A stretch of DNA of 64,000 bases from Calditrichia bacterium (GTDB lineage: Bacteria; Calditrichota; Calditrichia; JAJRVZ01), in NCBI GenBank assembly GCA_963796965.1, contig CAWCNS010000007.1, forward strand, positions 416,001-480,000, in the 5' to 3' direction. Below are positions 54,235 to 62,941 of the stretch, in pieces (within the stretch, counting starts at the first letter, position 1; each line of letters starts with the position of its first letter). The notes under the pieces were generated by a model. That model was not told where the DNA came from, searched no databases, and saw only the letters and a program-made list of their open reading frames with translations. The translations under genes and the position numbers were made by a program.

Positions 54235-55659
54235 TCAACATACTTTTATACAATCGATCTGAATTAATTTGGCCAGGTATTCAATTTTTTTTGCAATATG
54301 GCCGATACCTATCGCACAATGATGAGAAGGCCCCTCTTTTGACCAGTTATTGATAAATTCACGTACCCCTATTGAAAATGTATACCGGCTATTTGTATTT
54401 CCTATTTGCAAGGTTTCTCCTGGCACAGATTCCCCTTCAGCAGTTAACAATTTTATCTTCCCCTCTTTGGATTGCAGTACAGATAATAGGGTAACGGGTC
54501 CATTTTTAACTTTCATCTGTATGGAGAGACCTTTTCCCGGTTTTCCATGGTAAACCGGCAAAGGAACCAATGCAACCTTACCATCTGCAATATCAGGATG
54601 GGCCGGACCATCGTGTCCCAATAAAACAACATCTTCATTAAAATCCATCGCATAGAATTCTGAGAATGAACCACCGGTTCCAAATAAATCCATAATTTTC
54701 ATGGCCTGGGCATTTTTTATTTCACATTCTCCCGCAACCGGAACATTTTGGCTGGTAAGAAGCGTAAATCCTGGAATGACAGAGGTAATGATATCCTCGT
54801 AAATGGGGTCTCCAACACCTTCATAATAATAAGCCATTGCACCCAATTTATGCTCCTTCACCATCTTATCGAGGGCAACAGCTGTTTGTGCTGCTCTATG
54901 CAATTCATGCTCCGTACATTCGGAAGAGACGTCAAATACAGCATGAAATTGATCAATTTTATCTCGGATTTCTGAATTTGTGGTTTCGTCGCGAAGTTTT
55001 TTGATAACGCCAAATTCAATTAATTCAATATGTGTTCCAAAAGTAGTCGATTGTAGCGTGAGATCTGTGTAAACATCTAACATTCCATTGTAATAATGCC
55101 CAACTACACCTAATCGGTTTTGGCCCATGGCTTTTTTTACCTTGAGTGCAGATATCCAGTTGCTCAGATCCATCCACACTTTGTCATCTTCCAGATACCC
55201 TGTTACCAACTGATAATCGATGTCACTTCGATTGAATACCGAGGCAAGCTCCGGCAAAACACAAGCCTGACAATGAGCCAACCACTCTCCTGTCATTACC
55301 CCCCTATCCTTCATACTATTTAATTTATTATAGTCAATCGCCGGAACAGGTTGAAGATTGAGTACGATAACCGGTACCTGGCAGGCCTTTACCAGAGGTA
55401 AAACATTATGCGAGAGGGCATATGTGGAGATGAATAAACATACAACATCAATTTCACTACGTTTGAATAGACCAGCTGCTTCTTCTGCTTTGAATGGATT
55501 ATCCACCATCCCCGCATCTATTATCTCTACCTCATAGGTGTTCAATTTTTCTTTGATCTGATCTTTATAGCCTAATAAACGGGGCAACAGACCTTCAAAT
55601 TGCGGCCAGTAGGTATCTAAACCTATACAAAAGAAACCAATCTTTAGTTTTTGTTGCAT
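54235..55659 (-). CDS. Cytoplasmic L-arabinose/L-fucose isomerase family protein (AraA-like)
   Basis: AGECE, SFSEF, LGHDG and SHHCA give the AraA E/E/H/H metal-ligand pattern; no signal peptide. Confidence 0.75.
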   Translation of the reverse strand: MQQKLKIGFFCIGLDTYWPQFEGLLPRLLGYKDQIKEKLNTYEVEIIDAGMVDNPFKAEEAAGLFKRSEIDVVCLFISTYALSHNVLPLVKACQVPVIVLNLQPVPAIDYNKLNSMKDRGVMTGEWLAHCQACVLPELASVFNRSDIDYQLVTGYLEDDKVWMDLSNWISALKVKKAMGQNRLGVVGHYYNGMLDVYTDLTLQSTTFGTHIELIEFGVIKKLRDETTNSEIRDKIDQFHAVFDVSSECTEHELHRAAQTAVALDKMVKEHKLGAMAYYYEGVGDPIYEDIITSVIPGFTLLTSQNVPVAGECEIKNAQAMKIMDLFGTGGSFSEFYAMDFNEDVVLLGHDGPAHPDIADGKVALVPLPVYHGKPGKGLSIQMKVKNGPVTLLSVLQSKEGKIKLLTAEGESVPGETLQIGNTNSRYTFSIGVREFINNWSKEGPSHHCAIGIGHIAKKIEYLAKLIQIDCIKVC

Positions 55660-55984
55660 TTCAGAGCCCTTAAATATTATGAAATGTAAAAATATCAGAA
55701 TGGAATATTATAATGAATGAAATCAAATCAATCAAATGGATAATTGACTCATTCGGTTTGACAGGATAACAGGATAAATGAATTTGATTATATATTTACA
55801 TGAATTATTCAATTACTACTAAATGTCATGATATTTAAATCTTTCATTAGATACTACCTTTTATTATATTGGGACACCGGTAAATCTGCCTGTTCTGGCG
55901 ACATTTTAAAACAAATAATCAAATCCTATAATATATCAGTCTGGTTAGATAAATATTTAATCGTATTAGACGACCCACATGTTT

Positions 55985-56118
55985 GTAACGGCGCGATTCA
56001 TCGCACCGCAACAATACATAAAGCGGCATTGATAAAGGAAGAACCTCTTACGTTTCAAAAATAGTAACATGAAATGAACCTATATGGAATATAATGGCGT
56101 GATTAATCGTACCGCTCC
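55985..56118. repeat. Two degenerate REP-like palindromes (GGCGCGATTMATCGCRCC)
   Basis: gtaacggcgcgattcatcgcaccgcaac and taatggcgtgattaatcgtaccgctcc. Confidence 0.5.
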
Positions 56119-56185
56119 GATGTTGGACTAATCCAGAGACATTATCCTCATTTTAACAATCAAATGGTATATAAGGAGTTTAAAT

Positions 56186-57505
56186 ATGAATCCGATAAAC
56201 CGGCGAAATTTTTTAAAATCTTCTATGTACACTGCAACTGCTTTTAGCATTATCCCATCTTATGTTTTGGGAAAAGGAAAGCAGGTGACTGCCAACGATA
56301 AACTCAATATCGCCGGTATTGGGGTTGGTGGTATGGGAAAAGAATATCTTAAAGGTGCTCAGAGTGAAAATATTATAGCTCTTTGCGATGTGGATGATGC
56401 TTACGCGGCAAAAGCTTATGGCCTTTTTCCAAAAGCAAAACGTTATCAGGATTTCCGTATTATGCTTGAAAAAGAAAAAGGAATTGATGCCATTATGATC
56501 GGAACACCTGATCATTCCCATGCAATAATAACTAAATATGCCCTGGGAATGGAAAAACATGTCTATTGTGCCAAACCACTTACCAGAACAGTTTCAGAAT
56601 CCCGAACACTTACTGAAATGGCCCATAAGACCAACCTCGCCACCCAAGTGAGTATGCAAATGAATGCTTCTGAAGACCATAGGTTAATTGCAGAATGGAT
56701 TGCAGCTGGGGCCATCGGCCCGGTGCGTGCAGTTCATATATGGTCAAACAGACCTATTTGGCCCCAGGGTATTAACCGGCCTGAAGCAACACCAGCAATT
56801 CCTCCAACCCTTAACTGGGATTTATGGCTTGGACCTGCCCCAAAAAGACCTTACCATCCGGCTTATGTGCCTTTTAAATGGCGGGGATGGTGGGATTTTG
56901 GCAGTGGTGCCCTGGGTGATATGGGATGCCACGCTTTTGATCCGGTCTTCCGTGCTCTAAAATTAGGCTATCCAACAAGTGTTGAAGCAAGTTCTACTAA
57001 ACTTTTTGCTGAAACTGCCCCGGTCGCATCAATAGTCCATTATGATTTTCCAAAACGGGATAAAATGCCTGCTCTAAAATTGACCTGGTTCGATGGAGAG
57101 TTAACACCACCAAGACCATCTTTACTGGAACCAGGGCGCCAAATGGGGGATGGTTTTGGTGGTATTCTTTTTTATGGAAATGATGGTATACTTATGGCAG
57201 GCGGAATCGGTGGAAGTCCACGCCTGATTCCTGAGACGCGTATGAAAGAATTCCAACAACCTGATAAGACCCTTCCCAGATCTCCGGGTCATTATAAGGA
57301 GTGGATAAATGCCTGTAAAGGTGGAAAGCCTGCCGGATGCAACTTTGATTATGCCGGTCCCCTTACTGAGACAGTTTTATTGGGTAATGTGGCCATTCGC
57401 ACCGGTAAGAAACTATTCTGGGACGCCAAGAACTTAGAATTCAGCACCGATGATGAGGCAAATCGCTTTTTACGTGAGCCTTATCATAATGGCTGGACAT
57501 TATAA
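56186..57505 (+). CDS. Tat-exported Gfo/Idh/MocA NAD-dependent oxidoreductase
   Basis: NRRNFLK leader, GIGVGGMG, TPDHSH, HVYCAKP, WDLWLGPAP and GALGDMGCH. Confidence 0.9.
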   Translation: MNPINRRNFLKSSMYTATAFSIIPSYVLGKGKQVTANDKLNIAGIGVGGMGKEYLKGAQSENIIALCDVDDAYAAKAYGLFPKAKRYQDFRIMLEKEKGIDAIMIGTPDHSHAIITKYALGMEKHVYCAKPLTRTVSESRTLTEMAHKTNLATQVSMQMNASEDHRLIAEWIAAGAIGPVRAVHIWSNRPIWPQGINRPEATPAIPPTLNWDLWLGPAPKRPYHPAYVPFKWRGWWDFGSGALGDMGCHAFDPVFRALKLGYPTSVEASSTKLFAETAPVASIVHYDFPKRDKMPALKLTWFDGELTPPRPSLLEPGRQMGDGFGGILFYGNDGILMAGGIGGSPRLIPETRMKEFQQPDKTLPRSPGHYKEWINACKGGKPAGCNFDYAGPLTETVLLGNVAIRTGKKLFWDAKNLEFSTDDEANRFLREPYHNGWTL

Positions 57506-57532
57506 TTTTTCAGGTGAGTAATGTATAGGAGT

Positions 57533-57631
57533 TATAGCCCATCTTAAAGATGGACTACAATGGACTAGTTTAACACTCTGATTTTATTTCAGGATCGTCA
57601 TTGAAAGATTCTGAAATAAATTCAGAATGAC
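57533..57631. repeat. Hairpin cluster: TAGCCCATC..GATGGACTAC plus two GTCAT..ATCT-family hairpins
   Basis: tatagcccatcttaaagatggactac; cactctgattttatttcaggatc; agattctgaaataaattcagaatgac. Confidence 0.6.
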
Positions 57632-57750
57632 TTTCTAACTAAATTTAAACCACTAAACTATAGATTTTTCAAGGGATTCATCAATCATTAATTTTGTGAT
57701 TTATATAAAAACTTTGTGAAATAAAACTCTAATCAAAGGAGATCATATTA

Positions 57751-59193
57751 ATGAAAACAAAAAATTTTCCTAAAAACCCATATTCTTCTTTAATTTCACG
57801 ACGTGACTTTTTAGGTAATTGTGCCGCCTGTGCCGCAGGTGCTGCGGTTTTATCCGCCCTACCCATCTCACCTCTTTTTGCTACGATGGACAATTTATTA
57901 GCCGAAAAGACAAAAATTCGGATCATCTACGCCCATCCGGACCCAACACAGCCAAATTGGCCAAATATTGATTATGATTTCAAGGGCCATATAAAAGAAG
58001 TCCATAATCAATTATTAAAGAATTGTCCTCAAATTGAATTATCTGCTGTTACTACTTCCTCTGGAAGCAAAGAAGAGGGATATCATCTGCTGCAAGATGC
58101 ATCAAAATATGATGGCTATCTTATTTATCTGGCGGGTTGCCTTTGGGGTGATATGACAGAGACGGTAATGGCCTCGGGAAAACCTACGGTAATCGTTGAT
58201 CATCTTTTTGCAGGTTCCGGTGAATTCTTAACCAGTTATGCCAGAGCCAAACGAAACGGAAACCGGGTTCTGGCTGTTTCATCTTCACGTTTCGAGGATA
58301 TTGTTGATGCGGTCAAATGCATCGATTGTGTGCAAAAACTGAAACTTTCGACCATGCTGGTGGTTGGGCGGGATACGGATAACCAGATTAGACGCGCATA
58401 TGGTACTACAGTCAAAAAAATTGAGTTTAATACCATAAATGATAGTTATAAAAAGGTAAACCCTAGTGATGCTCAGGCTGTAGCTGACCGTTGGATCAAG
58501 GAAGCAGAAAAGGTAATTGAACCGTCAGAAGTAGATATTCAGAAAGCCGCGGGAATGTACCTGGCCATGCGTAATGTGATGGAAAAAAATAATGCCCAAG
58601 CCATTACAGTCAATTGTCTTGGCGGTATTTATAGTGGTAAAATGGTAGAAGCCTATCCCTGCTTAGGGTTTATGCAGCTTGATAATGATGGCCTGGTTGG
58701 TGGTTGTGAGGCAGATCAAAAATCCGCAATGACAAAATTATTAATGACCTATCTGACAGGTCGCCCGGGACTGATATCAGATCCGGTAATAGATACATCA
58801 AAGAACCAGATAATTTATGCCCATTGTGTGGCCTCTACAAAGGTATTTGGACCGGATGGACCATCGAATCCCTATCATCTGCGTGATCATTCCGAGGACC
58901 ATAAAGGTGCCTGCTGTCGTTCCCTGATGCCTCTGGGTGAAATGACAACAACCATTCTTTTCGATCACAATAAAAAACAGGTCATTTTACACCAGGGAGA
59001 AACGGTGGAGAATGTCGATGAGTACCGGGCTTGTCGCACGAAATTAGCCGTTGAAGTTAAGGGCGATGTATATAAACTCCTGAATTACTGGGATGAATGG
59101 GGCTGGCATCGTGTTACCTTCTTTGGGGATTTGAAACGACCCGTTTACGATGTTGCTTCTCTGCTTGGATTTGAGGTAATTGAAGAGGCGTAG
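57751..59193 (+). CDS. Tat-exported L-fucose/L-arabinose isomerase-like protein (paralog 1)
   Basis: SRRDFLG leader; AITVNCL, YPCLG, GCEAD, ISDP, YAHC, HSE, CRTK and GWHRVTFFGD. Confidence 0.7.
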   Translation: MKTKNFPKNPYSSLISRRDFLGNCAACAAGAAVLSALPISPLFATMDNLLAEKTKIRIIYAHPDPTQPNWPNIDYDFKGHIKEVHNQLLKNCPQIELSAVTTSSGSKEEGYHLLQDASKYDGYLIYLAGCLWGDMTETVMASGKPTVIVDHLFAGSGEFLTSYARAKRNGNRVLAVSSSRFEDIVDAVKCIDCVQKLKLSTMLVVGRDTDNQIRRAYGTTVKKIEFNTINDSYKKVNPSDAQAVADRWIKEAEKVIEPSEVDIQKAAGMYLAMRNVMEKNNAQAITVNCLGGIYSGKMVEAYPCLGFMQLDNDGLVGGCEADQKSAMTKLLMTYLTGRPGLISDPVIDTSKNQIIYAHCVASTKVFGPDGPSNPYHLRDHSEDHKGACCRSLMPLGEMTTTILFDHNKKQVILHQGETVENVDEYRACRTKLAVEVKGDVYKLLNYWDEWGWHRVTFFGDLKRPVYDVASLLGFEVIEEA

Positions 59194-59196
59194 GTG

Positions 59197-59359
59197 GCCA
59201 CGGATTACACTGATTAGAACGAATTTCTCGTTTTAATTTTCAATAAATACAAACCGAATTCAATAGGGAATGTAAATACTGATTTATGTAATGGCCGTTC
59301 GCGAACGACCACTACTAATAAATATTATTTTTCTTTGCGCCTTTGCGTCTCTGCGTGAG
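59197..59359. repeat. Composite intergenic repeat: 9-mer arm + 28-bp GTAG-type REP (59288-59315) + CGCAAAGA-family arm
   Basis: gccacggattacactgattagaacgaattt; GTAATGGCCGTTCGCGAACGACCACTAC; ctttgcgcctttgcgtctctgcgtgag. Confidence 0.65.
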
Positions 59360-59392
59360 GACAATAAAACAATAAGCTAAGGATAATTATTA

Positions 59393-60850
59393 ATGGATTA
59401 CTTAAAAAATGTTGAAAAGACATTAACACGTCGCAATTTTCTCATGAGCACGGGTATGTTAACATTAGGCTCATTTTTACCTCCCCAATTTCTATGGGCA
59501 GATAGTCTATTAGAGGATGATTTGATCAAAGCCTGTGGCCCTGCCTCGAAATATCGGTCAAAACTATCGGTAGCATTTGTCCGCCGGGAAGGGGAATACG
59601 GTATGTGGTGGCCAGGACAGATCTATGATGGAGACGCCGCGTTAAAAAAATATCAATCTCAGATCAGCGAGACCGCTCAATTATTGAATATGGACCTGGA
59701 TCTTCGTCCATCACCTATTTTCTCTAATGAAGAGGCTGACCATTGGATTGGACAGACAAAAGACCGACAACCTGATGGCGTGATGGTAGTGGTTTTAGAC
59801 AGACAACAGCATGCCTGGCCAACCGTAGGCAAAGCGATTGATACCAAGATACCAACCATTGTATTTTCGCCTCTGGGAACTTCATTTACCACCAATACAA
59901 CAAAGCCATCAAAGAAAGAAGGTGTCTATATTTGCTCCACTGATGATTTCAGACAAGTTGCCGGAGCAATAAAAATGATTAACGCGGGAGCAAAATTACG
60001 CGAAACAAAATTCTTAGTAATCAAGGGAGACCAGAGAACTGAAAGTAAGATTGCTCATATTGGAACTAAGTTGCAGTATATACCCGCCCAAGATTTTGTT
60101 GATGCATATAAAAGCATTAAAAACAATAATACTTTAAAAAATCTCACCGCCGATCTTATTCGAAACGCAACCATGCTAAATGGCCCATCAGAACAGGATG
60201 TTTCCAATGGAATTAAAAGCTACCTGGTAGCAAAGAACTTGCTTGAACGGGAAGGATGCGATGGTATTACCATGGATTGCCTTGGCGCATTAAAAGATTC
60301 AAAGATCAGTTTGCCCTGTATTGCCTGGTCAAAAATGAATGACCATCAGATTCCTGCCGCCTGTGAAGCCGATTTGGGTGCCTGCGTCACACATGCCATC
60401 GTTCAATATATGTTTGATAAACCCGGTTTTCAACAAGATCCGGTTGCTGAAACAGTACAAGATTGTCTCATTGGCTCTCACTGTAGTTGCCCTACAAAAC
60501 TAAATGGATTTAAAAATAGTTCCGAGCCCTATGACATTGTTGTTCACCATGCTAACCGGGATGCCACGGCCAGAACCGTATGGCAATTGGGTCAGCGGAT
60601 TACTGTGGCTGATCTTATCTTGTCAGAAAAAAAAGAAGAGATTGAAATGATCATATCTGCCGGAGAAGTGGTTGCGAATAAATCTATTCCACCTGCAGGT
60701 GGTTGCGTCGTAGCTCCAATGGTAAAATTGGATAATGTGAATGATACCTTAGATTATCCAGGATTCCATCAGGTATTCTTTTACGGGGATCATAAAAAAG
60801 ACTTAAAGGCCTATTGCGGGTTGTATGGGATTAAACCGGTTGTGGTGTGA
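59393..60850 (+). CDS. Tat-exported L-fucose/L-arabinose isomerase-like protein (paralog 2)
   Basis: TRRNFLM leader; GITMDCL, LPCIA, ACEAD, QQDP, GSHC and GFHQVFFYGD. Confidence 0.7.
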   Translation: MDYLKNVEKTLTRRNFLMSTGMLTLGSFLPPQFLWADSLLEDDLIKACGPASKYRSKLSVAFVRREGEYGMWWPGQIYDGDAALKKYQSQISETAQLLNMDLDLRPSPIFSNEEADHWIGQTKDRQPDGVMVVVLDRQQHAWPTVGKAIDTKIPTIVFSPLGTSFTTNTTKPSKKEGVYICSTDDFRQVAGAIKMINAGAKLRETKFLVIKGDQRTESKIAHIGTKLQYIPAQDFVDAYKSIKNNNTLKNLTADLIRNATMLNGPSEQDVSNGIKSYLVAKNLLEREGCDGITMDCLGALKDSKISLPCIAWSKMNDHQIPAACEADLGACVTHAIVQYMFDKPGFQQDPVAETVQDCLIGSHCSCPTKLNGFKNSSEPYDIVVHHANRDATARTVWQLGQRITVADLILSEKKEEIEMIISAGEVVANKSIPPAGGCVVAPMVKLDNVNDTLDYPGFHQVFFYGDHKKDLKAYCGLYGIKPVVV

Positions 60851-60876
60851 GAACAGTAAAAATCAAGAAAAAGCGA

Positions 60877-61027
60877 TCCATGAATTACACGGATTATAGC
60901 GAATTTCACGAATTTAATTGATATAAAATGTAATTATGGCCGTTCGCGAACGGCCACTACATAACAACCATTTAACAATCACCAAAAATATATTAATTTA
61001 ATTAGTGTAAATTCGTGCAATTAGTGG
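60877..61027. repeat. 9-mer inverted arms enclosing a GTAG-type REP palindrome (60930-60960)
   Basis: tccatgaattacacggattatagcgaatttcacgaattt [tggccgttcgcgaacggccactac] aattagtgtaaattcgtgcaattagtgg. Confidence 0.7.
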
Positions 61028-61095
61028 TCAATAATTTTTTTCTTTTGTCTTTTTTCCTTTGTCTTGAGGAAAATAATAATACAAAGGATTCTATA

Positions 61096-62556
61096 ATGAG
61101 ATCAAAGGTTCTTTCTCTCACTTTTCTTGCATCTGCACTCTTGTTTTTTTTCTTCATTTCCTCATGCGAGAACATACCCAAAAAACCCAACATCATATTC
61201 ATATTTGCTGATGAGTGGCGGGCGCAGGCAACCGGTTTTATGGGAAACAATGATGTAAAAACACCCAATATAGATGCATTAGCAGCAGAGGGTATTGTGT
61301 TCAGGAATGCGGTCTCCGGTTGTCCTGTCTGCAGTCCCTATCGCGCCAGCCTTCTAACCGGTCAATACCCCTTGACCCATGGCGTGTTTTATAATGACAA
61401 ACCACTCAACACATCATCACCAACTATTGCCGAAGTATATAAATCGGCTGGTTATACAACTGGCTATATTGGGAAATGGCATGTAAACGGTCATTCTAAA
61501 AACAGGAATAGGGGATCCAGCCGACGATCGCCGGTTCCATTGGAACGTCGCAGAGGTTTTGATTTCTGGAAAGTGTGCGAATGCACACATGATTATAATA
61601 ATTCCATTTATTTTGATGAGAATGACAATAAACATACCTGGGACGGATATGATGCTATCGCCCAGACAAGTGTGGCACGAAAGTATATTAAAAATAATGC
61701 AGAACAGGATAAACCATTTATATTATTTCTTTCCTGGGGGCCACCTCATGATCCTTATCATACAGCACCAAAAATATATGAGGACATGTATAAAGATTAC
61801 CAGAATTTATCCCTGCGACCCAACGTCCCTGTTGAACTTACGGAAGTAGCCCGTAAGAAAATGGCAGGATATTATGCACATATCACGGCTCTTGATGACT
61901 GTATGGGTGCATTACTGCAAACTATTAGAGAATCTGGGATTGAATCAGAGACCATCCTGGTCTTTACATCAGATCATGGAGAAATGCTGCACTCTCATGG
62001 CATGACAAAAAAACAAAAACCCTGGGATGAATCAATATTAGTCCCTTTCATTCTACGCTATCCTGATATGCAAGGTGAAAAAGGCTTTGTTATTAATACG
62101 CCTCTGAACACACCGGACATTATGCCAACCCTACTTGGACTATCAGGCCTGGATATTCCAAAATCAGTTGAGGGTACGGATTTATCCAATTTGATCAAGC
62201 ATAATGATAAAATAATCGACAGAGCTGCCTTACTTCAGTTCCCTGTACCCTTCCATCAATGGAACTACCGCAATGGTGGTAAGGAGTATCGGGGAATCAG
62301 GACATCGCAGTATACATATGTAAGAGATTTACAGGGTCCATGGTTATTATTTGATAATTTTGCCGATCCATATCAACTAAACAATTTAGTCAACAAGCCA
62401 AAAAACTATAAGCTGCAGACAAAACTGGAAAGATTATTAGCAAAGGAACTCTCTCAAAGAAATGACCTGTTTTTACCTGGACCGGTTTATATGAAAAAGT
62501 GGGAGTATACATGGGATAAAAATGACGCGCCTGACGCAGATCCGCTCATAAAATGA
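61096..62556 (+). CDS. Cys-type sulfatase (S1), lipoprotein
   Basis: ISSC lipobox, PNIIFIFADEWR, CSPYRASLLTG, GKWH, PPHDPY and TSDHGEM. Confidence 0.9.
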   Translation: MRSKVLSLTFLASALLFFFFISSCENIPKKPNIIFIFADEWRAQATGFMGNNDVKTPNIDALAAEGIVFRNAVSGCPVCSPYRASLLTGQYPLTHGVFYNDKPLNTSSPTIAEVYKSAGYTTGYIGKWHVNGHSKNRNRGSSRRSPVPLERRRGFDFWKVCECTHDYNNSIYFDENDNKHTWDGYDAIAQTSVARKYIKNNAEQDKPFILFLSWGPPHDPYHTAPKIYEDMYKDYQNLSLRPNVPVELTEVARKKMAGYYAHITALDDCMGALLQTIRESGIESETILVFTSDHGEMLHSHGMTKKQKPWDESILVPFILRYPDMQGEKGFVINTPLNTPDIMPTLLGLSGLDIPKSVEGTDLSNLIKHNDKIIDRAALLQFPVPFHQWNYRNGGKEYRGIRTSQYTYVRDLQGPWLLFDNFADPYQLNNLVNKPKNYKLQTKLERLLAKELSQRNDLFLPGPVYMKKWEYTWDKNDAPDADPLIK

Positions 62557-62589
62557 TAAATTGAACCTCAACGATTTTGTATTCTTAGG

Positions 62590-62893
62590 AATCACGAAGT
62601 TCCACGAAGGAAAAAAGAAGTAAAATATAAAAAAAATTACTCTAAGAAGGAGAAAAAACGAAAAGGTCATCCTGAACTTGTTTCTCCAAAGGAGTCCTTT
62701 GGACAGGATCTATTGATTTTATTGGCGTTATAGATGCCGAAAAAAATTCGGCATGACGTTAAAGACCTTTTTTGAGTGGACACATAGATATTTATTATGA
62801 AAATTAACTTGGGATGAGAGAAAAATAAGAAATTTATTTTTCAATTTATTTAAAACTTCGTTAATCTTTATGAGACCTTCGTGTCTCTTCGGG
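62590..62893. repeat. CACGAAG-type inverted arms enclosing a GTCAT..ATCT hairpin pair (62666-62757), one hairpin carrying a 20-nt palindromic insert
   Basis: aatcacgaagttccacgaagg; gtcatcctgaacttgtttc[tccaaaggagtcctttggac]aggatct; agatgccgaaaaaaattcggcatgac; cttcgttaatc...ccttcgtgtctcttcggg. Confidence 0.65.
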
Positions 62894-62941
62894 ATATTTT
62901 TTTTAGAAATTAATCATTGTTCTCGAATAAAAGGAGGAAAT

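Noticed and set aside
55828..56064. 78-aa intergenic ORF, and similarly 49606..49794 and 52058..52258
   Set aside because: No recognisable motif or RBS; each overlaps REP-like repeats.
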